Assembly: GCA_964645865.1 (NCBI GenBank)
Contig: CAZYCG010000002.1
Coordinates: 1 to 58,559, forward strand
Direction of reading: 5' to 3'
Source: an uncultured Dehalococcoidia bacterium
GTDB lineage: Bacteria; Chloroflexota; Dehalococcoidia; Lucifugimonadales; OSU-TB39
Length of the DNA: 58,559 nucleotides
Below the pieces are notes generated by a model that worked only from the letters and a program-made list of their open reading frames with translations, did no database searches and was not told the origin of the DNA. This document shows, in pieces, positions 27,328-36,940 of this stretch; position 1 is the stretch's first letter; each line of letters starts with the position of its first letter. The position numbers and the translations under genes were made by a program.

Positions 27328-28398
27328 ATGAATATAGATCGCTTTGATTACTTTTTGCCTCCTAATTTGATAGCAAATGTGCCTGTTGAACCACGGCATT
27401 CTTCTAAACTAATGGTTTTAGACAGAATATCCAGGACACTTCAGCATTGTAAATTTTGGGATGTGAAAGAATACCTCAAACAAGATGACTTGTTGGTGTT
27501 TAACGATACAAGAGTGTTTAATGCTAGATTATATGGTTTTTTTTCAGGCGATTCTAAATCTAGATTAGAGATTTTGCTTGTCGAAAAGATTTCACCTATA
27601 GAATGGAAAATAATTTGCAAACCTGCAAAAAAATTTAAAATTGGCACAGAAATTGAATTAATGGGTCAAAAAGGATTGATCAAAGGCAGCGTTAATAAAT
27701 TATATGAAGATGAATACAGAGGAATTAAATTTGATAAAGAATTGGATTTGCAATCAGATGGAGTGATACCACTTCCGCCTTACATAAAAAAACCGTTAGA
27801 TGATGATGAAAAATATCAAACTGTTTATGCTCGAAATTTAGGTAGTATAGCTGCTCCGACAGCGGGACTACATTTTACTGACGAATTAATGGATGAAATC
27901 ACAGATAAACGAGTAGAGCTAGTTTTCTTAACTCTCAATATCGGTCCTGGTACTTTTAAGCCGGTCAGAGTTAACCAATTAGATGAACATAAGATGCACC
28001 ACGAAAAATTTCGAATTGATAACTCGGCGTTAAAAGCGATTTCCAATGCTAAGAATCAAGGCAGAAGAATTATATGTGTAGGAACGACAACTGTTAGGGT
28101 ATTGGAACATTTAGCTATGTCGGAAGAATTAAAATCAGACAAAGAAAAGCCGAGCAATGGATTTTTAGAGGGACAGACAGATCTTTTTATATATCCCGGG
28201 TATAAATTTAAAATAGTAGATGGGTTAATCACGAATTTTCATCTGCCCCGTTCAACCCTGTTGATGCTAGTAAGTGCTTTTGCGGAACAATTTGGTGAAG
28301 TTAATAGTGGTACAAAACTTATAAAACAAAGTTATGAAAAAGCTGTTGAAATGGATTACAGATTTTACAGTTTTGGTGATGCAATGTTAATAATATGA
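27328..28398 (+). CDS. queA: S-adenosylmethionine:tRNA ribosyltransferase-isomerase
   Basis: FDYFLPPNLIA, AAPTAGLHFT, VGTTTVRVLE, FYSFGDAMLI. Confidence 0.95.
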   Translation: MNIDRFDYFLPPNLIANVPVEPRHSSKLMVLDRISRTLQHCKFWDVKEYLKQDDLLVFNDTRVFNARLYGFFSGDSKSRLEILLVEKISPIEWKIICKPAKKFKIGTEIELMGQKGLIKGSVNKLYEDEYRGIKFDKELDLQSDGVIPLPPYIKKPLDDDEKYQTVYARNLGSIAAPTAGLHFTDELMDEITDKRVELVFLTLNIGPGTFKPVRVNQLDEHKMHHEKFRIDNSALKAISNAKNQGRRIICVGTTTVRVLEHLAMSEELKSDKEKPSNGFLEGQTDLFIYPGYKFKIVDGLITNFHLPRSTLLMLVSAFAEQFGEVNSGTKLIKQSYEKAVEMDYRFYSFGDAMLII

Positions 28399-28542
28399 TT
28401 ATTGACAATTTTTTATAGGAAGATATTAAATATATTTTTTGAATTGGCACATTTGTATAATACTTGAAATGTAAAAAGAGCGTTTGGAATTGATTTGTTG
28501 GTGTTATAATCGCATTGAATATAAATTCAGATTGGAGTTTTT

Positions 28543-29676
28543 ATGACAATAAATAAAGAAGCGGCTTCAGTATATAAATCACTTGGAGTAAGACCGGCTA
28601 TAACTGCTTCCGGGGCGACCACGATGTACGGTGGTAGCAAATTAAGACCAGAGGTCTATGATGTGATGAATAAAGCATCTAGCGTAATGGTTAACATTGA
28701 TGAGCTTAACATTAAAGCAGGCAAAGCAATAGCTGATATGATTGGAGTGGAAGCTGCCATGATTACGTCGGGTTCAGGAGGGGGATTGATATTGCAAGCA
28801 GCAGCTTGTATAGCAGGTTCTGATCCAGCTAAGATGTCTAAACTTCCAGACACTGCCGGTATGAAAAACGAAATTATCATACACAAAAGCCACAGATTCG
28901 CTTATGATCAGCTTTATCGCGCGGCTGGTGCGAAGTTGATTGATATAGGAGACGCACTTAGGGTACATCCTTGGATGTTGGAAAATGCAATCAATGATAA
29001 TACAGCTGCTGTGGCTTATCTTCATTGTAACTTTGTGTCAAGAAGAGCATTGCCGCTTGAAACTGTTGTTGAAATTGCACATTCTCACAATGTTCCTGTT
29101 ATTGTGGATGCAGCTTCTACGTTGCCTCCTCGTTCAAATTTCACTAAGCATATTGAGCAAGGAGCTGATCTTGTTCAATTCAGTGGTGGTAAAGGTGTAA
29201 GAGGTCCGCAAGGCACAGGCATACTTATCGGTAAGAAGGAATTCGTTGATGCTGCATATGCGAATGCAGCACCACATCAATTTATTGGTAGAGGAATGAA
29301 AGTTGCTAAAGAAGAAATAATTGGTATCGTAGAGGCACTTCGGATTTTTTTGAACGAGGACGAAAATGAACAGATGGGAAAATATCAGAAAATGTGTGAA
29401 AAAGTGTTAGATGCTTTTGTAGAAGTACCGGGATTGAAAGTAGAGATTAAACATGACGAATTTGACTATTTGGTTCCGACCGTGGTTTTCACTTTTACTA
29501 ACAAGTGGACAGGATTAAAAAGAGATGAAGTATTGCAAAGTATGGAAGATGAAAATCCTAGGATTTTCTTGTGGCAATTAGGTAATCCTGATGAGGTTGG
29601 TATTGAACCATTAAATCTGGATGAAGAAGAGCTAGATATAGTTATAGAGAAATTGAGAGAAAAATTAATTAATTAA
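28543..29676 (+). CDS. SelA-like / DgaE-like PLP-dependent enzyme (not a bona fide selenocysteine synthase)
   Basis: 377 aa. FSGGKGVRGPQGTGILIG matches the SelA-fold lysine loop (FSGGK). It lacks the SelA N-terminal tRNA-binding extension. Confidence 0.6.
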   Translation: MTINKEAASVYKSLGVRPAITASGATTMYGGSKLRPEVYDVMNKASSVMVNIDELNIKAGKAIADMIGVEAAMITSGSGGGLILQAAACIAGSDPAKMSKLPDTAGMKNEIIIHKSHRFAYDQLYRAAGAKLIDIGDALRVHPWMLENAINDNTAAVAYLHCNFVSRRALPLETVVEIAHSHNVPVIVDAASTLPPRSNFTKHIEQGADLVQFSGGKGVRGPQGTGILIGKKEFVDAAYANAAPHQFIGRGMKVAKEEIIGIVEALRIFLNEDENEQMGKYQKMCEKVLDAFVEVPGLKVEIKHDEFDYLVPTVVFTFTNKWTGLKRDEVLQSMEDENPRIFLWQLGNPDEVGIEPLNLDEEELDIVIEKLREKLIN

Positions 29677-29711
29677 TTATATTCTCGATTTATTATTTGT
29701 ACTAACCGCTT

Positions 29712-30989
29712 TTAATTTGATTCTAGTATGCTTATCACGCATGTACCGCCAGTGCCCCCTACATTATGAGCCAATCCGAGATTCAGCCGTTGTTTAGATA
29801 GTTGCCTTGCTCCTGCTTTATTGGAAAGTTGAGCCCATAATTCAACAAGTTGAGCAACGCCAGTTGCACCTACTGGATGTCCTTTGGCTTTTAATCCTCC
29901 AGATATGTTTACAGGTAAATTCCCTGATTTTTCAGTCTCACCTGCTAAAGTAGCTTGGCCTCCTTGTCCTTTGGGGAAAAACCCAATATCTTCTATTGCC
30001 ATGATTTCAGCAGGTGTAAAACAGTCATGTACCTCAGCTAAATCAATGTCGCTGGGATTCAAGCCGGCCGAATTGAAGGCTTTAATCGATGCATCTCGAC
30101 TAGAAGGAATTGATGTTATGTCGCTACCCCATGTATATAGAGGACCTGCACTTGCTTGTTCAGAGGCAAGTATATTAACGTAGGAATCGGTAAATTTAGA
30201 AGCAATTTCTTCATTTGCAATTATCAAGCATGCAGCACCATCAGTTATTGGTGCGCAGTCAAATAGGTGTAGTGGCGAACTTACTAAAGGATTTTGCTTT
30301 AAATCTGATAGAAATTGAAATTCGTCATCCCAAAGAACTTTATTATCAACAGTTTGATCTAATTTGGATGTCTTTTTTTCAATTATTTGTCGGATTGAAA
30401 GATTGATTTGGGCTTTTGGGTTTGTACTTGCATTATCATGGTTTTTAATTGCGACTTTCATTAAAGGTTTCCTAGTCATGCTATATTTTTCCATGTATGC
30501 ACTAGCCATAACCGCGTAAAAAGCAGGAAATGTAAATGACCCCTGATCAACCTCGATGCTTACGTCAGCTGCTTTTGCTAGATAATCTTGCACTAAACTT
30601 AGTTTAGTATTAGCCATTTTTTCAACGCCAATGACAAGGGCTATTTTTGAAGTTCCAGCCTTTATCGAATTAACGGCTTGTCTAAACGCTAGTCCTCCAC
30701 TCGCACATGCACCTTCAATTCTTGATGCAGGAAGAGGTGTTAAACCTAGCCAATCAGCAATGAGATGCCCAAGATGTGCTTGTCCTTCGAATGAATCATT
30801 AGTGAAGTTGCCAATAAACAGTTCATCAATTTCACTTGGGTCAAATCCTTTGTCTACAGAATTTACTGTTTCTGTAAAAGCTTGATATACCAAGTCTCTA
30901 GAATTTAAAGATTCAAATTGACCAAATTGTGAAACTGCGCCGCCTATTATTGCAACTCCGGTAGATTTTAAATGTTTTCTTGTATACAT
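29712..30989 (-). CDS. thiolase-fold protein (SCP-x / archaeal-type acetyl-CoA C-acyltransferase)
   Basis: 425 aa. Active-site region RIEGACASGG, C-terminal HNVGGTGGTCV and KGHPVGATG. Confidence 0.85.
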   Translation of the reverse strand: MYTRKHLKSTGVAIIGGAVSQFGQFESLNSRDLVYQAFTETVNSVDKGFDPSEIDELFIGNFTNDSFEGQAHLGHLIADWLGLTPLPASRIEGACASGGLAFRQAVNSIKAGTSKIALVIGVEKMANTKLSLVQDYLAKAADVSIEVDQGSFTFPAFYAVMASAYMEKYSMTRKPLMKVAIKNHDNASTNPKAQINLSIRQIIEKKTSKLDQTVDNKVLWDDEFQFLSDLKQNPLVSSPLHLFDCAPITDGAACLIIANEEIASKFTDSYVNILASEQASAGPLYTWGSDITSIPSSRDASIKAFNSAGLNPSDIDLAEVHDCFTPAEIMAIEDIGFFPKGQGGQATLAGETEKSGNLPVNISGGLKAKGHPVGATGVAQLVELWAQLSNKAGARQLSKQRLNLGLAHNVGGTGGTCVISILESN

Positions 30990-31054
30990 ATGACTTTTCC
31001 TAGTATTCTTATTATATCAATCAAATTGGTTTCTAATCAGGTGGTAAAACCTCA

Positions 31055-31363
31055 ATGGATACAGTCAAAAGTGTTCAATTTAATCAAACCGATGTTTTAA
31101 TAGAATGGTCTGATGGTCATGAATGTACCAATATTGCACGCGATTTAAGGTTGAATTGCCAGTGTGCCGAATGTGTTGAAGAATGGAGTCATAAGAAGTT
31201 ACTTGATCCAGTCTCGGTACCAAAGGATTTAATAGCTGAAGATTTCATGTATGTAGGAAATTACGCAATACAGTTTTTGTGGAGCGATGGCCACTATACA
31301 GGGATATATCCTTTTGATTTATTGGCAACATTATGCAATTGTCAGATAAAAAAAATTTTTTGA
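31055..31363 (+). CDS. DUF971 (gamma-butyrobetaine-hydroxylase N-terminal-like) protein
   Basis: 102 aa. LIEWSDGHE...LRLNCQCAEC...FLWSDGHYTGIYPFDLL is the DUF971 pattern. Confidence 0.75.
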   Translation: MDTVKSVQFNQTDVLIEWSDGHECTNIARDLRLNCQCAECVEEWSHKKLLDPVSVPKDLIAEDFMYVGNYAIQFLWSDGHYTGIYPFDLLATLCNCQIKKIF

Positions 31364-31548
31364 TTATGAATTAAATGCTTTTCTTTTGTGTCTGGCTAGT
31401 ATCCAATTAAGTTAAAAAAACTTATTAATCTATTAGAATGCTACTTGTTGAGTTTTATAAGCCAATATTTAGTTTGAAAATTAACTATATTAATTGTCAT
31501 TTCAAACCACAATTACATTAATCAACATTAACGATAAAGAGGTATAGA

Positions 31549-32583
31549 ATGAGAATAGGTATATTAGGTGTAGGCGCTATAGGAGGAGTTATTTCCGCTT
31601 ATCTAGCTAGAGCTAAGTATGAGATAACACTGATTGATCTTTGGCCAGAAAATGTACAATGTATTAATGAAAAAGGTTTGAAGATTACATCTTTTGAAGA
31701 AGAGTTTATTGTTAAGCCCAAGGCTTTACATTTAGGAGAACTCTCGCGGACTCGCCCTCAATTCGACGTAGTGATTTTGTCGCTTAAATCTTATGATACA
31801 GCATGGGCCTCTAAGTTTATCGAGCCACATATTGCTCCAGGTGGATATGTGGTGTCTGCTCAAAATAGTATCAATGAAGATACCATTGCTAGTGTTCTTG
31901 GTTGGTCAAAAGTAATCGGATGCGTTCTAACCTTCGGTGCAGGTATGTATACAGCTGGTCACGTTGAAAGAACAAGTTCGATCGAAAGGCCAGCTTTCAC
32001 AATTGGAGAACCTAGTGGATTAGCAACCAAAAGGTTAAAGCAATTGGCTGAAATTATGAGTTCATGTGGCATAACAAAAATAACCAACAATTTATGGGGT
32101 GAAAGATGGGCAAAACTAGCCACTAACTCTATGAGCAATGCTTTAGCAGGATTAACAGGACTAAAATCCGTAGAACTACGTCAAAATTCGGAAATTCGTA
32201 CATTATCAATAGAAATAGCATCTGAATTGGTTAATGTTGGTAGCGCCCTTGGGGTAGAGATAGAAAAAATTGGTATGGTTCCTGCTAATTTGTTTCCTCA
32301 GGCGCTTGAAAACGATGAAATCAAGAAAAAAGTGGAGGGACTAATTATTGATGCTGGTAAAACTATCGGTACAGGTAGACCTTCTCTTGCACAGGATCTT
32401 TTAAAGGGTAGGTCTACAGAAGTTGATTACCTAAACGGTTATATAGTCAATAAAGGTAAACAGGTGAATATTCCTACCCCTGTAAATGAATCAATAGTTG
32501 AATTAACTCGAGAAATAGAGAAAGGTTTAATACAACCTTCTCTTTCAAATTTAAACTTAATAAAAAAAAGTATCGTTAATTGA
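31549..32583 (+). CDS. panE: 2-dehydropantoate 2-reductase (ApbA/PanE family)
   Basis: MRIGILGVGAIGG Rossmann start. C-terminal SLAQDLLKGRSTEVDYLNGYIV...PTPVN. It overlaps panC convergently by 8 nt. Confidence 0.8.
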   Translation: MRIGILGVGAIGGVISAYLARAKYEITLIDLWPENVQCINEKGLKITSFEEEFIVKPKALHLGELSRTRPQFDVVILSLKSYDTAWASKFIEPHIAPGGYVVSAQNSINEDTIASVLGWSKVIGCVLTFGAGMYTAGHVERTSSIERPAFTIGEPSGLATKRLKQLAEIMSSCGITKITNNLWGERWAKLATNSMSNALAGLTGLKSVELRQNSEIRTLSIEIASELVNVGSALGVEIEKIGMVPANLFPQALENDEIKKKVEGLIIDAGKTIGTGRPSLAQDLLKGRSTEVDYLNGYIVNKGKQVNIPTPVNESIVELTREIEKGLIQPSLSNLNLIKKSIVN

Positions 32584-33418
32584 TTTGTTTTAAGTATATA
32601 TTGTCGATGAGTCTTGTTTTTCCTACAAAAACTGCTATTGAAATAAGAGCGTCACAGTCTAACTCATCTAACTCTTCTAGATTAGAGGGGTCGGCAATAC
32701 TGATATAATCCACTTTGGTGAATGGCACAGAATTAATCAATTCAGACATTGAGTTTTTAATGAACTTTGGCTTCTTGATTCCTTGTGAATACAGGTCGCT
32801 AGCAAGGGAAAGTGATTTATAGATGATTGTAGCCGAACCTCGTTCGGATTTTGAAAGATATATATTGCGGCTACTGATTGCTAGGCCATCTTGTTCGCGA
32901 ACTGTGGGTACTTTCGATATTTTTGTTTTTATATTTAAATCCTTGACCATTTTTTCAACAACCAGGCATTGTTGAGCATCCTTTGCGCCAAAATATACAT
33001 GATTTGGGTTTGTTATCAGTAATAATTTACATACAACAGTCGCCACGCCGTTGAAATGATCTGGCCTAGATTCTCCTTCCAATATATGGGATATCCGGCC
33101 TACATTTATCGAAGTAGAAAAGTTATCTGGATAAATTTCTTCTTTAGAAGGTAAAAAAACTATGTCTACTGGAAGGTCTCGCAGTTGCGCTAAGTCTGAT
33201 TTAATTTTTCTTGGATAAGAATTAAGGTCTTCGTTTGGGCCGAATTGAAGCGGATTAACGAATATGCTAGTGATTATAGTGGAATCGGTTTTAGATGCTG
33301 CTGTGATTAATTCTTTGTGTCCACTATGTATTGCTCCCATTGTAGGCACTAGCCCTAGCGGGCGGGAACAATTTTCAAGATACTCTATGCATTCTTTGAT
33401 TGTAGTAACAATTTTCAT
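32576..33418 (-). CDS. panC: pantoate--beta-alanine ligase
   Basis: PTMGAIHSGH (HxGH), FVNPLQFGPNEDL, SSRN. Confidence 0.95.
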   Translation of the reverse strand: MKIVTTIKECIEYLENCSRPLGLVPTMGAIHSGHKELITAASKTDSTIITSIFVNPLQFGPNEDLNSYPRKIKSDLAQLRDLPVDIVFLPSKEEIYPDNFSTSINVGRISHILEGESRPDHFNGVATVVCKLLLITNPNHVYFGAKDAQQCLVVEKMVKDLNIKTKISKVPTVREQDGLAISSRNIYLSKSERGSATIIYKSLSLASDLYSQGIKKPKFIKNSMSELINSVPFTKVDYISIADPSNLEELDELDCDALISIAVFVGKTRLIDNIYLKQIN

Positions 33419-33429
33419 TAATTTGGTGT

Positions 33430-34272
33430 TTAATTGTTTATGGCATTTATTAAATCATCATAAACGTCTTTTGGAAGATTAAAACTTTCAACCGCAGTTG
33501 GAAATTTTTTATCGCGGACATCATCGCCGTAATTTTTTATAGCTTCTCCAATGATTGATGACAAATCAACATATTGTTTTGAATGTTTTGGTTGGAAATT
33601 AGAATCCATACCTAAAACATCGTTAATTACTTGTACTTGGCCGTCACAATATTCTCCTGAACCTATCCCTATTGTTGGTATATTTAATTTATTTGTGATA
33701 ATTTGTGCAATTTCAGATGGGATGAGTTCTAATACCACAGCATATGCTCCAGAATCTTGTACGCTGATTGCATCTTCAATGAGGCGCTTGCCTTCGGCTA
33801 GTGATTTTCCCTGGATTTTGTATCCTCCAAGTTGGTTGAAAGATTGAGGAGTTAACCCGATATGTCCCATAACTGGGATTCCAATTTCAACCAGTGTTTT
33901 AATCGTTTTTGCCATGTGGCTGCCACCTTCGATTTTTACTGATTGAGCTCCAGATTGTTTCAATATTTGCCCTGCGTTAACGACCGCTGATTTTAAGTCG
34001 GTTTGAAAACTCATAAATGGCATATCAGCTACTATATGGGTTGTTTTTGTACCTCTTACTACAGCCGTAGCATGGTGGATGATTTGTTCGATTGTCACGG
34101 GAACTGTTGTTTTGTATCCTAAAACAACCTGGCCTAAACTATCTCCTACGAGGATTATTGGAATTCCTGATGATTCTACAATTCGAGCAGTAGTATAGTC
34201 GTAGGCAGTTATCATAGGGATAGAGATATTTTGATTTTTGAACTCTTGTAATTCGTTTATAGTGAGTCTCAT
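33430..34272 (-). CDS. panB: 3-methyl-2-oxobutanoate hydroxymethyltransferase
   Basis: MITAYDY, LVGDSLGQV, VKIEGG, GHIGLTPQ. Confidence 0.95.
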   Translation of the reverse strand: MRLTINELQEFKNQNISIPMITAYDYTTARIVESSGIPIILVGDSLGQVVLGYKTTVPVTIEQIIHHATAVVRGTKTTHIVADMPFMSFQTDLKSAVVNAGQILKQSGAQSVKIEGGSHMAKTIKTLVEIGIPVMGHIGLTPQSFNQLGGYKIQGKSLAEGKRLIEDAISVQDSGAYAVVLELIPSEIAQIITNKLNIPTIGIGSGEYCDGQVQVINDVLGMDSNFQPKHSKQYVDLSSIIGEAIKNYGDDVRDKKFPTAVESFNLPKDVYDDLINAINN

Positions 34273-34305
34273 TGCAGAACTCCTTAGAATTTTTTCAAAT
34301 TTATT

Positions 34306-35202
34306 CTACTTTTCAATTCCTGGATATGCTTTATAGGCTTCTAATAAATTCTTGATATTAAAATGATTTTCCTCGCTGAGTCCGTTCATTTGAGCGTATG
34401 GAAGCCCAGCTAAAGCTAGTTCACAATATAAAGGTAAAAGGGTTGGGGAATATTGAAGCAAGGCTTCTAAGTGAGACTTGATTGTTCCAACATCCCCTCT
34501 CACATATGGACCAGCAATTCCTTGAGGGATTCCGGATGATTCTAAATTAACTGCTACTTGACTGATCATAGGGGTTAAAGCTTGGAGCGCAGTATCTGAA
34601 TCTATATTCATGTGGCTCCATAAGTTAGCAGATATAGCTGCTAAACTAGCTAGTAAATTACCTAACATGACTCCTGATAAGTGGTATAGCGCTTTGTATT
34701 CTGATTGGATAAAAACGGGTATACCTTTTAGTTGTATAGCGACTTCATTCAGATAATTTCGAACCTCCCCCGTTCCTTCGATGCCAAAAGTAGTTCCAGG
34801 TAAACTCTTGACTCCATTTTCGATTGATGAAAAAGCTTGCATTGGGTGGAAAGAACCAACTGGAATATTTTTCGAGATTGCATTATTAAAAACATTAATG
34901 GTTTTTGCACCAGAGCAATGGATTAAAACGTTGTGTGGATTCGGCTCAAACGAGTTAGCTGTTGATTCAATACTATCATCAGGAGTTGTAATGAATAAAA
35001 TTTCGCAATTAGAGGCAATATCTTTTATATTGTGATGAGTTTGGCAATTTGGTATTGCTACAGATAGATTAACTGCAGAGCTAATTGATTTACTATAAGC
35101 TCCTGTTACTTTGTAATCTGCTTTATGTAATGCAATCGCTAAAGAAGTTCCAACCTTTCCTGCCCCAATGAAACCTATGTGCGATTTTTTTGATAGCCCC
35201 AT
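34306..35202 (-). CDS. Rossmann-fold plus DUF2520 domain protein (putative NADP oxidoreductase, first gene of the pan operon)
   Basis: IGFIGAGKVGTSLA dinucleotide fold. C-terminal GPYVRGDVGTIKSHLEAL matches my memory of DUF2520. Confidence 0.65.
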   Translation of the reverse strand: MGLSKKSHIGFIGAGKVGTSLAIALHKADYKVTGAYSKSISSAVNLSVAIPNCQTHHNIKDIASNCEILFITTPDDSIESTANSFEPNPHNVLIHCSGAKTINVFNNAISKNIPVGSFHPMQAFSSIENGVKSLPGTTFGIEGTGEVRNYLNEVAIQLKGIPVFIQSEYKALYHLSGVMLGNLLASLAAISANLWSHMNIDSDTALQALTPMISQVAVNLESSGIPQGIAGPYVRGDVGTIKSHLEALLQYSPTLLPLYCELALAGLPYAQMNGLSEENHFNIKNLLEAYKAYPGIEK

Positions 35203-35230
35203 GCTTATTTTCCCAGATTTAATTATTTAA

Positions 35231-35265
35231 TTAAAAACAAAAACCTTCCATTTACAGGAAGGTTT
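35231..35265 (-). terminator. intrinsic terminator-like hairpin in the 5' leader of the DUF2520-panB-panC operon
   Basis: The minus strand reads AAACCTTCC-tgtaaat-GGAAGGTTT followed by TTGTTTTT. That is a perfect 9-bp stem, a 7-nt loop and a T-tract. It ends 29 nt upstream of the ATG at 35202. Confidence 0.6.
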
Positions 35266-35527
35266 AAATGGGCCATATATGATATTAAAATTTGAATTAC
35301 TTATGCAAAAGCAATATAATTTTGCAAACAAAATGCTCACCGTTCCTGTCGGATTAGTTGCGCAAAGTATAATAGCATCTAACATTTGCATTTACAATGC
35401 TTTCTAAATTGCTGTGGTGTTTTGTATTATATAAAAGTAATAAATAGTTAGCAGCACAATCGTTGATAGTATTATTAAATTAAAATGCTATATTCAAAAT
35501 ATGGCGATGGTTTCAAGGAGTATATAA

Positions 35528-36910
35528 TTGGCCGAGTATGATTTTATAGTTATAGGAAGCGGTCCTGGAGGTTACGTTGCAGCTATAAGGGCAGCTCAAT
35601 TAGGCATGAAAACTGCCATTGTTGAAAAATCGGATATTGGTGGCGTGTGCCTTAATTGGGGTTGTATCCCATCCAAAGCATTAATACGAAATGCGGAAAT
35701 CATTAATTTGCTTGGAAGGGCTGATGAATTTGGAATAGAACTTTCTGGGATTAAATATGATTTTGGTAAGGCAATAGATCGCAGCAGAAAAGTAGTTACA
35801 AAGCTCACAAAAGGAGTCGAGTTTTTGCTGAAAAAAAACAAGGTAGATTGTTTTCAAGATGCAGCAATATTAGAGAGTCCAAACACAGTGAAATTAGTAA
35901 ATAGCAATGAAAAACTTATTGGTAAAAATATAATCTTGGCCACGGGAGCCAGACCAAGGAACATACCGGGTTTAGATATAGATCACAAAACAATAATTAC
36001 TAGTAGAGAGGCACTTGAAATTAAAGATGTACCTGATAGCGTTGTAATCATAGGAGGTGGGGCTGTTGGAGTAGAGTTTGGTTACGTTTATTCTCAATAT
36101 GGAGCACAGGTTACTATTGTTGAATTAGAATCAAGAATAGTTCCAACGGAAGATGAAGAGATAAGTAGTTATTTACAGAAATCCCTTGAAAAACATGGTA
36201 TTAAAGTTAAAACTAACACAAGATTTGAAAGTGTGAAGATTGAAAATGGTGAGGCGATTGTTTCTGTTAAAGCAAATGAACAAACCGAAACGATAAAGTC
36301 TGGTAGAGTATTGGTTGCAGTAGGAATGACGGGAAATGTTGAGGGATTAGGATTGGAATCTATTGGAATAGATATAAACAAAGGTTATATAAATGTTGAT
36401 TCTAATATGGCTACGAATGTATCTGGAGTATATGCGATTGGCGACGTTACCGGTAAAATGTTGCTTGCCCATGTAGCATCTGCACAAGGAGTTTACGTGG
36501 TAGAGACCGTTGCTGGCCTTAGTCCGCCTGGGCTGGATTATGATTTAATGCCTAGAGCAATTTACTGTCATCCACAGGTTGCCAGCTTTGGATTGACTGA
36601 AAATCAAGCTCGCGAAAAAGGATATGAATTAAAGATCGGTAGATTTCCACTTTCTGCTTCAGGTAAAGCTATTGCAATGGGAGAAACAGAAGGCATGGTT
36701 AAAGTGGTGGCTGAGAAAGAAATAGGAGATATTTTAGGTGTACATATGATAGGTAGTGAAGTTACTGAACTCCTTGGGGAAATTGGTATGGCTCGTATGT
36801 TAGAAAGCACTACAGAAGAATTGGGTTGGCTCACTCACCCTCATCCAACCATATCAGAGGTTATCAAAGAAGCTGCTTTAGATGCTCAGGGTGGAGCTGT
36901 ACATATTTAA
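35528..36910 (+). CDS. lpdA: dihydrolipoyl dehydrogenase (E3)
   Basis: GSGPGGYVAAIRAAQLG. Redox-active GGVCLNWGCIPSKAL. C-terminal HPHPTISE. TTG start lies 8 nt after AGGAG. Confidence 0.95.
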   Translation: MAEYDFIVIGSGPGGYVAAIRAAQLGMKTAIVEKSDIGGVCLNWGCIPSKALIRNAEIINLLGRADEFGIELSGIKYDFGKAIDRSRKVVTKLTKGVEFLLKKNKVDCFQDAAILESPNTVKLVNSNEKLIGKNIILATGARPRNIPGLDIDHKTIITSREALEIKDVPDSVVIIGGGAVGVEFGYVYSQYGAQVTIVELESRIVPTEDEEISSYLQKSLEKHGIKVKTNTRFESVKIENGEAIVSVKANEQTETIKSGRVLVAVGMTGNVEGLGLESIGIDINKGYINVDSNMATNVSGVYAIGDVTGKMLLAHVASAQGVYVVETVAGLSPPGLDYDLMPRAIYCHPQVASFGLTENQAREKGYELKIGRFPLSASGKAIAMGETEGMVKVVAEKEIGDILGVHMIGSEVTELLGEIGMARMLESTTEELGWLTHPHPTISEVIKEAALDAQGGAVHI

Positions 36911-36940
36911 GTCTATTTATAATAATCAAAAGGAAATGAT

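Noticed and set aside
28543-29676. Selenocysteine synthase as evidence for selenoprotein recoding in the window.
   Set aside because: The protein is SelA-like but short. No ORF in the window appears split by an in-frame TGA, and no SECIS-like context was noticed.
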